Origin: a virus
Lineage: Duplodnaviria; Caudoviricetes
Virus record (IMG/VR): IMGVR_UViG_3300034092_001286
Coordinates: 1-63,461 of that record
Reading direction: 5' to 3' (one strand)
DNA length: 63,461 nucleotides
A program made the position numbers and the translations under genes. The notes beneath the pieces are model-generated. The model did no database searches, had not been told where the DNA came from, and saw nothing but the letters and a program-made list of their open reading frames with translations. Of the stretch, positions 37,101-42,835 are shown piece by piece; the first letter of the stretch is position 1, and each line of letters begins with the position of its first letter.

Positions 37101-38325
37101 CAAGCTGTTCAGCCAGTGCGATCAGTGCGGGACCAGCAGGGCGATCTGGTGTGACGATCTGTTGCGCGACAGGTACGCCGTCAGTCGGTAGTGCGATGGT
37201 GGGCTGTGCGGCAGTCGGCTGCTCGGGCATGCCGACCATCGGTATCGCGCTGTCTGCAGGCACACGTGCAGCTTCGGCAGCGGCAGACCATTCGCTCTTA
37301 AACGCATCTATTGCCGGTGCGAGCGTATCGATCGGTGCAGCAAGCGCGGCATCGGCGGCAGCGATAGCGTCTGGTAGCGTTGGTGCTTTAGCGATGTCGT
37401 CGACGGTGGGTGCGGGACGTGCGAGCGATCCGAGCAGATTGCCACCGCCGCCCATTGCTGCGCCGACGAGCATGCCTTGCGCCGCAGCCTTATCAACACC
37501 TTCCATCAGCGGTTTGCCGAGCGCTGCGTTCTGCCACACCTGTTCTTGCGCAGACTGCGGCAATTCTTCAAAGACACCTTCGCTCAATCCACCTTCAAGG
37601 ATGCGACGGACGATACCTTTCTTGACAGTCGCAACGGCCGCGTCCTCGCTTGCATCAGCGGCGATGCCTTTGACCAGCATCGTATCAACGTCATCAACGC
37701 CGAGCCGTTTTGCCAGACGACCGCCGATCGCACCGAGCGCACCTGTACCGATACCGGATGCAATGGACATAGCGGACTGCGCAGCGGTCAGATCGCCGGT
37801 TGTCTGGCGAGTGCTCTCAGCCATTGAGCCTGCCGTGATCGAACCTTCGCCGATCGCAGCCGCAATCCACGGAGCGACCTTCGGCGCAGCAGCAACAACA
37901 CCACGACCGACGACGCCGCCTGCGCCCATCGAGCCGAGCGATTCGATTGCACCGTGAGCAATGACGCTAGGGTTTGCAAGCAGCGCACCGATCGTCGGGA
38001 AGAAACCGTCAGCTTGATCGACTCGACGATTTGCGGCTTGCTGTGCCGGCGAGAGTTCTTCGTCGAGGATGCGCTTGGCTTCTTTGAATCTGACTCCCGC
38101 GCTTTCGACTAGATTGCCGACCGCACCGCCCGTTGGAATGTCAGCAAGACCGACCGCTGCTTCCGGCACTGAGATTGCAGACTTGAGCGCGGATATACCG
38201 ATGTCTTTTACGGTTCCGCCGAAGGTGCGTTCTGCAGGTTTGTCGGGTGCAAACAGTTCGTCGGTAGTGTAGATACGATCAGACGAACCGAACAGTTCGT
38301 CGGTAGTGTAAATCTTGTCAGCCAT
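25186..38325 (-). CDS. giant polyvalent protein, probably virion-ejected (metallopeptidase, ART-like, ParB-like, papain-like, duplicated domain, LPD38-like C-terminus)
   Basis: 4379 aa; HEVTH; YHGT..IFLT..PLYVR.ENP..VFSPNQVKS; EGNHRI.AA; GGC..DHY..YD; NFNKKG..FFNA.VQG; last gene of the internal-virion cluster. Confidence 0.85.
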   Translation of the reverse strand: MADKIYTTDELFGSSDRIYTTDELFAPDKPAERTFGGTVKDIGISALKSAISVPEAAVGLADIPTGGAVGNLVESAGVRFKEAKRILDEELSPAQQAANRRVDQADGFFPTIGALLANPSVIAHGAIESLGSMGAGGVVGRGVVAAAPKVAPWIAAAIGEGSITAGSMAESTRQTTGDLTAAQSAMSIASGIGTGALGAIGGRLAKRLGVDDVDTMLVKGIAADASEDAAVATVKKGIVRRILEGGLSEGVFEELPQSAQEQVWQNAALGKPLMEGVDKAAAQGMLVGAAMGGGGNLLGSLARPAPTVDDIAKAPTLPDAIAAADAALAAPIDTLAPAIDAFKSEWSAAAEAARVPADSAIPMVGMPEQPTAAQPTIALPTDGVPVAQQIVTPDRPAGPALIALAEQLAILPAGEQTKALMRLDADMRQRVVQTMRALDPAVPSGIVTPDAGVQPGQGEAARITNEATVAASSVQPITGTAVTNVPAYTQRAAQEIVSKDPSQEMRPHREVAGRFEVVPVISAAGPARGVFSTQPAVTEQQRLADEESPATAMPAAPVARPAVPAAPLTAEQIELNRMAADAERSSQPRPIFGPQSQLRSETGPDIKGEKVTRNMRKVLVQMGRITGTKVVFEFAPGSSDGAVPNRSENTVHINTAAQINPMQVMGHEVTHVLRDRHAKAWAAVRDALVATMPDKRKALDAFASDYWGGNAENAAKLEAARAMPDWSSALTPEQKELFHTSENTVEAFLLDEMVSDLGGQHWSDEKFWLDVFAKIEKQEGDKARGIIERMVMAIRETLGKFLAVVRAQKQGDYATISPEQIEATRDAISSAYAAFIRGERTVEPDQGEHTTEHRINTSRTHSRSQAGEGEPAVLETDDELSDARARELAALSPARVKRDQRLFFEVAPKPNEAAAWNKLSDKQQRAVSEDIKSRVIPGLLKDLGVTGTIRPQLGGWMEDTNPSFALVVTRGDPAVAARAVGYVLDQEAVYALGLKPFTGGEKTGIIHFNIDSSDRALVHKIYTQIRALDSDAISGHSTLDNEMYIGLPVERMNQLEQQVVSILDKAGVATVYFDEGFGAMIGENDYGMQSDQGSSARLRAQARDVNQWRDEARKLRGRSDAAGDRSDRAGVARKSEQRPSYGEGSGETVVGVHYSRQQRDTLSSGFFGTGMKAQERFRIAEAKDSRIKKRLYFYANTGKGIAPESDVGHHAHSVTLNNVYDMDVDPKRLYKRLAEGDPYQSPDNLMNDFEAGVIDAGFDGYMTREFGKGGAVVLLGAHSVPVQYEGERARPDVPNMPAPKFSDEQVLRRKLMANRALPAGKMTGLEWKRALLREMPELDPRWLDNDKMYRRDELVPRAEPARMSETRPMLAALQEIENGKLTMDGDYGYNTFRSLWREAESMRSEYPDERTYDLYKDNGGTGVVYGASGYNRYAVTQDGTLRPIPESFSNTDKLAAAQAALAEPVARLSESRPATWWYSPLARQADTAQMKKAPASGWKSWLKSLAAKGVKPDEIKWSGIEEWLDAQGEAQVTREQVQAYLSEFGVKIETILRGERSPVTDSTQEVDAEDSDIELNVGEWEMDDPDEDWLAERANNRFDEVVDDRVEQSWEDIYDDIEHEARTRIEVNLPDIAADVQRQMGDMFPVDETLVEQAARSIAAAQVAGDTWQEYTDDSNDMTDEAVQAEAVDRAFAVLSGDIEALEEEARRRARAEIDDDELLEELTEQERTWYYDDYESPQTRAITVDGVDGTFYDSTSYGERRVYFDGRDIPLPRRADDADVEGVIRQLVMEEGLVSGSSGGDFHSVKWESKDYNLDTRRAVPGSYREVQLTLPVGAFGMPVTETLKRDSYTVFDADGNATLGTVSEESAKREAERIGGRWEYRPDELRTERTPVKDYYYTTHWQEANVVGHARWDEHTDSDGKRVMVLQEVQGDWGQQRREGLEAAERAAVLIKQIDELGDEGVHAIFALKQVLPEAEDAWTSSDWNNVRSMGSRALSNDVSSDAKVAADKIAKLETNRRELQREYDALSRDLPDAAPFIEKTPQWAGLVLKRMIAHAVEYGFDKVVWTSGAQQVERWRHSLRKQVDTIAWEKTPDGIHIVASQNGRQRTDTRVSETALSDAIGKQMAKQIIADPNQSGEITGDDITISDTGMAGFYDRMLPNIANDILKKFDKDVRVKDIEVHKVRQYSVAPDPDTAGRWIVQQDGKELVSHPTKERAELNVESLTTSKAAIEIGTQQGFEITDKLRESAAAGMPLFSQRRASAEARKSEARKEWYRSQLSEAVGGLPAKVRTGKEAALWLQSNASKLGVKKDELQWSGVLDWLATQRSVTGAQIQDWLASNGVRVRDVMLGEESAEYKRLDAELQEQEVEVARLRKAAFGAQWKNSSSSYLAMERINRTGVVETNDPFSPEQLDAMLAYGRALNRKNELFEQRKAAIGEQVKYSEQSLPGGKPGTYRELLLVLPRRTPEENTFSVYGAFPHDGFKTREDAQGYIDRISSVPELASDLEKYPLRIEKMQTDKSRKQEFRGSHYPQPNILAHVRFDERTDAGGKRVLFIEEVQSDWAQKGRKDGFAGRTARYTITDNTGGPLRPTYFGSRADAEQYGRDAGLEDFSVVETDVQLGAVPSAPFVTDTQAWTALALKRAIAYAVDNGFDRVAWTTGEQQVERYDLSKQVDELVAYDDNTLVARKDGANVIERTFADEKELADLIGKDAAAKLLAMKPDMNNQRVMRGQALRVGGEGMVAFYDGIVKQVARKLGATLLQVQLTTDGHEAGEGVWRDAGNPNAWHVDGDDTVYRTEKAAEAALKKRAGAPQPGFDITDEMRQQARIGMPLFSTARKPAGGWVVETTVPGVKRASRRTSDDVVKIEVWDTGRTGKTMLGSEAVGRWKLRGYKVGETFYKRLADMPKDAPEKRSEPRLRTDNPGGDWLRTQQRDAEAAGTNTHGAPKRFGAVTGYFSDKVLIPLRRLQYVKGIMGEQRSVRTDDLNWLKDHMGKTGRLPSVREESTDEYAPFIQIDHNGMPWVNEGNHRIMAALELGWKHMPVEVKYYAGGELADGPWHPDKLLARDKELRDEGTPRFSERRDQWLGKSKVRTVMYHGTARDISTFRPQQADAIFLTDDPEFAAEFSDLSHSWMLNNFWTWMTPDQIQEAKADARKMLLADALPGSSLYNREERLLNQSQQPSQYMRRAVEKFMPSESNIMPLYVRAENPFDYRNPQHVQQIEQLLGGSWMGHEFINGEMVEVAQHIGDLERGDWNAIESPQVQEYIRENHDSFYVRERGVTNLAVFSPNQVKSASGNSGAYSREDDDIRRSERRIDAAIAAVYKDDRLYEALDFGPSNNSGPFDGGCLICAKALIRAFGGGDLVRIVRSNNDMTDHYGARIDGTIYDFLGSASSPAAWLARFKREEHITHKQHFAEGYDSQSDIPDDPAAEKKIAALLTAAADVPRQSTPRSRTNGQPINQSWTDPDVTDWDDFVRKMQDDKIDTKRVLRAIREAGVAVKEKFDAYLLETNYHGRAAARVDAFADGELRKLMEDMAMRKLTMADLDDYLWARHAPERNAANNRTNPTITDGSGMSDAQSAAILAGQAVTLNGRTIQLTPAALRAAQAVASRVDAITNGTLDLLVSSGLETQETVDTWKRTYAHYAPLKRDMESDANYSGAFGLGNGTGTGFSVRGAASKRALGSKRAVTDVLANIAMQRERAITRSEKNRVAQAVYGLALSAPNPEFWIPVNPELNKKLSPAALQAAIAELVAIGVNPLDAKNLAYEPVQRYTDPKTGLEMQRINPQLRGRDDVLSTRINGEERYVFFSNKKRAQEMVRGLKNLDAASVSGVLQVIAPVTRWFASVNTQYNPIFGMTNGIRDFSTGMLNLSSTPLSADRAAVARHAFDALRGVYADLRDHRAGKQPTSQWAQLFEQFAMDGGKTGYRDAFATSTDRAEAIAKELEHAGKGKQWVTGGERHSAVFGWLSDYNTAVENAMRLSAYKVALDKGMSRDAAASLAKNLTVNFNKKGLAATQTGALYAFFNAAVQGTARIGETTYKDGKLTDAGKKILYGGMMLGVLQAMLGAAAGWDDDEPPQFQREKNFIIPILGTDKVINVPMPLGFHVIPNIGRITAEWMMGGFKNPGKRLVRLAGLMLDAFNPIGSGTLAQTLSPTIGDPIIALGENKDWTGKSIFKEDFNKMHPTAGWTRTKDSASPPSRWLSYGINYITGGGKYEIGMASPTPDQIDYLVGQATGGVGRELLKTAQYVGSKVTGEELPMHKTPLGVGRFIGETKGQSSETSRFYRNLERIGEHKSALEAMKDDGNGEAMRTYLSEHPDARLVQVADRAQREIGYLRRQKREVIAKGGNPERVKMLEERITATTRRYNEMFKAR

Positions 38326-38357
38326 TTGGCCTCTCCCGATAGGAGGTTAAGGGGGTG

Positions 38358-39407
38358 TTACTTCAGCGTGGTGCGAGTTTGGATCATACCGTCTTTGCCG
38401 TATTCTTTGTCGAGCAGATTGGCTTCAATGCCGTTGAATGCAGGTTGCGGTTTGCCACCAGCCGCTGCAGCCTTCGCTGCTCGCCACTTGTTGTCGCCGA
38501 GATACTCCATGTCGCCTTTACCGGGCACAGGTACAACTTGACCGACAGTATACTTCTCGCCACCACCACCACCACCACCCGGCGTACCTGCACCCTTGCC
38601 ACCAGTCGCCGCTGTCATTTGCGTCAGCACGTTATCGCGGGCAGCTTTTGCCTTTTCGATCGTACCAGCGTCTGTCATCGGATCGGCGATCGTCTTGTTC
38701 AGCTTTTCCAGAGTGGCCGACAGGTTCAGGTGCTTCGCGAACTCGGACGTATCGTTGCCTACATCCACACGGAACTGCTTGAGCTTCAGCGCGTCTTTTT
38801 CCATCTGCTGTTTCGCGGCGGCGATCAGATCAGGATCGTCCTTGAGCGCGACCAACCGTTCGTACTCGCTCTTGTTCGTGACGTAGGAATCCGACGTAGC
38901 GGCAAAGTCTTTCGCTTCCTGCGCCTTCAGACCAAGCTGTGCCGCCTGCTGACGAATCGTGGCGTCATGGAACCGTTTCGTCTCTTCGTGCGTCGCCTTC
39001 CACTTCTCATCAGCAGACTTCTGCGCAGCGGCCTGTGTGGTACGCAATTCGTGCTTGTCGTCAGATCGATCAGCAGCAGCATATTCCCGCTCGCTGTGGT
39101 CAATCATGCCGACCTTACTCAGCGCATCACCACGATCACGACGATATTCGCCTTCGGTCTTTGCCCGTTCCGTCACACCGAGCGACGAACCGTCTTCGGT
39201 CGGACCGGCAATCTCGACAGTCTTGTTGCGCGATACACCAGCAAGCACCGCAGCAATACGTGCCTGCTTGTCCTGTTCGACCTTGGACTTTAGCGCCTCA
39301 AGATTCGTCGCGTCCTCAAGGTTTCGCTCACGCTTGATCGAGTCGCTGATAAGACCGGCACCTGCGCCGGCCGCTGCTGCTACACCTGCTCCAAAGTCCC
39401 AAGGCAT
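38358..39407 (-). CDS. putative ejection / internal virion protein
   Basis: Gly/Ala N-terminus, helical charged body; position. Confidence 0.55.
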   Translation of the reverse strand: MPWDFGAGVAAAAGAGAGLISDSIKRERNLEDATNLEALKSKVEQDKQARIAAVLAGVSRNKTVEIAGPTEDGSSLGVTERAKTEGEYRRDRGDALSKVGMIDHSEREYAAADRSDDKHELRTTQAAAQKSADEKWKATHEETKRFHDATIRQQAAQLGLKAQEAKDFAATSDSYVTNKSEYERLVALKDDPDLIAAAKQQMEKDALKLKQFRVDVGNDTSEFAKHLNLSATLEKLNKTIADPMTDAGTIEKAKAARDNVLTQMTAATGGKGAGTPGGGGGGGEKYTVGQVVPVPGKGDMEYLGDNKWRAAKAAAAGGKPQPAFNGIEANLLDKEYGKDGMIQTRTTLK

Positions 39408-39408
39408 G

Positions 39409-39927
39409 TTATGCTCCTTGCATGTGTTGTTGCATCTTCGCGGCGATCGCGGGGTCTTTCATCGCCTCAGAGGTCTTGCTGAGAATCTGGTCGAAGTTGC
39501 CGCCAGACCCCTTCATCACAGTTTCCGACATGGCACGTGTTGCCGTTTCCAGATCAGCCGCCGTACCTTCGATACGACCGGTCTGCTTCATGTAGTCAAG
39601 AATCTCGGTGAGCAAGACACCGGTTGCCGGCCCGATCAGCGCCTTCGGTAACGTGCCGCGACTCTCGCGCATGAGCACACTCAACAGTTCAGCAGCGCCA
39701 GCACCTGCGGCTGCTGCAGGATTGTCGGACGATTGCAACCGCTTCTCGACTGCGCTGTTGGTTGTCTTGTCATACAGAATTTTCTGTCCAGCAAGAATGA
39801 TCCGCTGCAGCGAGGCTTGCTGGTCGGCTGGCACCTTCTGCTCGAAAGCCGCACGGGTCTTTGCAATTACGTCACCGCCGTCAGTGGCGGGTGCGGGTGC
39901 AGCGGTACTGTCGTCGATAAGTCCCAT
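39409..39927 (-). CDS. hypothetical virion-associated protein
   Basis: GAGG RBS; operon position. Confidence 0.6.
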   Translation of the reverse strand: MGLIDDSTAAPAPATDGGDVIAKTRAAFEQKVPADQQASLQRIILAGQKILYDKTTNSAVEKRLQSSDNPAAAAGAGAAELLSVLMRESRGTLPKALIGPATGVLLTEILDYMKQTGRIEGTAADLETATRAMSETVMKGSGGNFDQILSKTSEAMKDPAIAAKMQQHMQGA

Positions 39928-39929
39928 GA

Positions 39930-40976
39930 TCAAGCCCTCGTTTGAATAAAACCAGCCGGTCGAACGCCCGCTGCTGTAACCGGCGTCTTGTTGTAGATCG
40001 GTGCGTTGCGATTTACGGAGAAACCACCGACAGTCGGTATCGCATTAGCATTAGCCGCCTGCGTCTGCATTTCGGCAGTACGTGCATCGTAGAGATTGGC
40101 CGTCGAATTGCTGGCCCGTGCTTGTGCGTCCAGTGCTGCCGCTTTTTCAGACGATTGGTACATGCCGGCTATGCCGGTAAGTGCAACCTGCGAAAGTTCT
40201 TTGTTCTCCTTGCCGAACTTCAGAATCTTGTCGAACAGACTTGGGCCTGTGTTGATACCATCTGCTGCAGCTTTAACGGCGGCGGCTGTTTTTTCAGGCG
40301 ACGCGACACGGCTCATCAGCGAGGGTTCGCCAGATGCAGTTGCTGCAGTGTCAAGCGCAGGATTGGTCGCAGCGACAGCATCGGCAGACGCACCGGGTGT
40401 AGCGCCGGCCGCTGTACCGTCCACAAGCTGCATGGTCGGCTCGCTGACCAGACCAGTCGGTGACGCCTCGACGCCCGGTGCAAGCATACCTGACGTGTCT
40501 GCTGCACTGGTAGCGTGTGCGAGGTTCAGATCGCCGGTAGCGATCGGCGCGCTGCTGGCGCTCACGTCAGCAACCTGACTGGATGTCATACCATCAACCA
40601 TTGTGGCACTGTCGGCCGTCGTCGCAGCAGAACTGATGTTGCTTGCGGTAGATGACGCAAAGGACTGATTGATCTCACCTGCCCACGATTTCATTCCCTC
40701 ACCAAACATGCCGCCCTGCGCCATCGTGCCGAAACCACCGACGAGGCCCATGACGCCACCGATCTTGGCGAGGTCGGAATTACCCGTCACCATGCCGACG
40801 ACGCTGACGACAGCACCGATAGCCGCGATCGTCTCGAAGGCTGTCGCCACCGCAAAGAATGCGGTTACCGGTTCGTTACGCTCACCAAACGCAGGACCGC
40901 CGAACGGATCGCCGATCGGCGCGTCAAGTGACCATGCTCGCGTCATTGCGCGCGACAGGTAAGTTTTCTTAAACAT
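39930..40976 (-). CDS. putative ejection (pilot) protein with N-terminal hydrophobic segments
   Basis: Gly/Ala-rich hydrophobic N-terminus, Ala/Ser/Thr-rich body. Confidence 0.55.
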   Translation of the reverse strand: MFKKTYLSRAMTRAWSLDAPIGDPFGGPAFGERNEPVTAFFAVATAFETIAAIGAVVSVVGMVTGNSDLAKIGGVMGLVGGFGTMAQGGMFGEGMKSWAGEINQSFASSTASNISSAATTADSATMVDGMTSSQVADVSASSAPIATGDLNLAHATSAADTSGMLAPGVEASPTGLVSEPTMQLVDGTAAGATPGASADAVAATNPALDTAATASGEPSLMSRVASPEKTAAAVKAAADGINTGPSLFDKILKFGKENKELSQVALTGIAGMYQSSEKAAALDAQARASNSTANLYDARTAEMQTQAANANAIPTVGGFSVNRNAPIYNKTPVTAAGVRPAGFIQTRA

Positions 40977-41328
40977 GGTTCATCCTTTCGATCCGATAAT
41001 AAATGTCGTTGGCGTCACGATGCGACTCAACGAAACCCAACCGTGCAACAAACTCCTGACTTGCCGTTCGCCATACGGGAACCCGTGTAACCGCATGCCC
41101 GTACCTAGCTATAACTCCACCGAGGTGCTGCCGCAACATACTGCGCGTGCCTTGCTCGCCGTGCTTCCATGCTACGTGAATCTCGTCATCTCGCGTGAGC
41201 ACGACTCCAATCAACAGCCCGTCGTGAAAAACTGGATGTCGCGTGAAACTTGACAGCGCCTGCAGATACTCTTCCTTCGTGCAAAACAAAAAGCCCGACA
41301 CCTGCAACCACAGCAGGTCGTCCATCAC
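40969..41328 (-). CDS. GNAT-like protein
   Basis: EIHVA..TRV......FVARLGF motif; position typical of podoviral tail/core modules. Confidence 0.55.
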   Translation of the reverse strand: MMDDLLWLQVSGFLFCTKEEYLQALSSFTRHPVFHDGLLIGVVLTRDDEIHVAWKHGEQGTRSMLRQHLGGVIARYGHAVTRVPVWRTASQEFVARLGFVESHRDANDIYYRIERMNHV

Positions 41329-42071
41329 ACAACAGCCGGTGCCGCACTGAAGTTAAGCAGCTCACCGAGATTCATGTTGCCGATCGCGCCGGCAATCTCG
41401 AAGCCCTGCTTCATCAGGTAGAACTGGTTATCGACCGCAGCCTGCTTTGCTGCCAGTGTCATATCCTTGTTCGCCTGAATATCCGAGATGTTCTTGACGG
41501 TCTGCTTATACATCTCGCTGGCCGTTGCCGAGTTCTGCATGGTCGTCTTGTAGTCAGCTTCGATTGTGGCAAGCTGCGTCTTCATTGCCGCGTCCATGTT
41601 TGACTTCATCGCATCGACGGTTGCAGACAAGTTGCGACCGGACATATCGTTGATGCCGGCCGTGTTGGTCTTGAGTGCCTCGTTCTGGTAAGCGAGGTTC
41701 TGCTTTGCATTCGTGTCATAGACCGACGCGTCAGCCTGTGCGATTGGCAGCGCAGCCGCGTATGCTGCTTGGTCGCTGGCCGTCACCGCGAGGGACGAAT
41801 TGAACAGGCCGCGCGAGTTCATCTGCTGGTTCGCGCTGGTCCGTGCCATCTGCATGTGGGGCGAGTCGGTTTCGATCAGACCTCTCATCTGACCGGCGAC
41901 AGTCTCTTGCGTCGGATCGACGGTGCGCTGTGCCGAGTTGTACGTAGCGGCCTGACCGACAGGCGGGGTGACGGCAGGAAACGTCGTGCCGTCCGTATTG
42001 GCGACCGTGCCGGGCACTGCCGTTGCGGGAGGTACGAGCGGTGTGTCAATCAAACCGTTTTGGATACTCAT
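41325..42071 (-). CDS. putative internal virion protein
   Basis: Gln/Ala/Asn-rich; RGL.NSSLA motif. Confidence 0.55.
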   Translation of the reverse strand: MSIQNGLIDTPLVPPATAVPGTVANTDGTTFPAVTPPVGQAATYNSAQRTVDPTQETVAGQMRGLIETDSPHMQMARTSANQQMNSRGLFNSSLAVTASDQAAYAAALPIAQADASVYDTNAKQNLAYQNEALKTNTAGINDMSGRNLSATVDAMKSNMDAAMKTQLATIEADYKTTMQNSATASEMYKQTVKNISDIQANKDMTLAAKQAAVDNQFYLMKQGFEIAGAIGNMNLGELLNFSAAPAVV

Positions 42072-42382
42072 TTACAATGACCTCCGTTTTCAAATGGATC
42101 GAGCCAGTTGCTGCAAAAGTAATACGCAACATCGGCTCGCCAGTTATCGACACGTTTCAGTCTGCCGCATTTCTGGCTGAACGTCCATTCCTGCGGCGCG
42201 TCGACCATGAGCAGCGAGGCAAGCAGATTGAGCAGGATGTCGACGAGCCAGCCGATCGTGACGACGACCGCACCGACAATCTTGACCTCGATGCGTAGCG
42301 TTTTCCAGTTCGCCTTGAGTGCGGTGTAGGCGAGGAAAAACACCCACACCACGAAGGGGAGGGATAGAGCAAGCCAGATCAT
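42068..42382 (-). CDS. membrane protein
   Basis: Two hydrophobic segments; E.T.S..LDPF..GHC. Confidence 0.7.
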   Translation of the reverse strand: MIWLALSLPFVVWVFFLAYTALKANWKTLRIEVKIVGAVVVTIGWLVDILLNLLASLLMVDAPQEWTFSQKCGRLKRVDNWRADVAYYFCSNWLDPFENGGHCK

Positions 42383-42834
42383 TCGTTGATCCTCCCGGTG
42401 CGTTTGGTGATCGTCAGATCGTTGAACGCCTTGAACTTGGCGTAAGCGTGGGAGTAATTTGGATGCTGCGGATCAAGCATGTCGACCTCTGAGATGCCTA
42501 CCGTCTGAGCGAGAAGCTTCTGTACCCCAAGCATGAACTCTCTCTGAGTGCGGTGGGTAATTGGCGTGCTGGACTCCATCGCAAGGATTTCATCGTTGAT
42601 CACCTTGTTGTGATCCCGTGTTGCACCGTTGGCGAAGTGGGCGAGGATGACAGGCTCGACTAAGTTCTCCGGCTCCTCGTATTCCTTCTGGCCTGTTCCG
42701 ACATAGTTGGAATAGAACACCACACTATTTCCAGCGGTGTCGATGTGCCAGCCATCCGGCCCAATTGCTGCAACAAGTTCCTGCCGCAGGATTTCGGCGT
42801 CGAAGGACTGACCTTCTTGTAGTATATAAATCAT
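42379..42834 (-). CDS. hypothetical protein, possible tail fibre chaperone
   Basis: AAGGAG RBS; directly downstream of the tail fibre gene. Confidence 0.55.
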   Translation of the reverse strand: MIYILQEGQSFDAEILRQELVAAIGPDGWHIDTAGNSVVFYSNYVGTGQKEYEEPENLVEPVILAHFANGATRDHNKVINDEILAMESSTPITHRTQREFMLGVQKLLAQTVGISEVDMLDPQHPNYSHAYAKFKAFNDLTITKRTGRINE

Positions 42835-42835
42835 A

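Noticed and set aside
38251-38313. Duplicated IYTTDELF at the giant protein N-terminus
   Set aside because: Only two short copies; too little to support a functional claim
25186-38325. N4-like virion RNA polymerase or DarB methyltransferase-helicase
   Set aside because: Despite its size and the N4-type capsid, no T7-like RNAP, methyltransferase or SF2 helicase motifs were recognised
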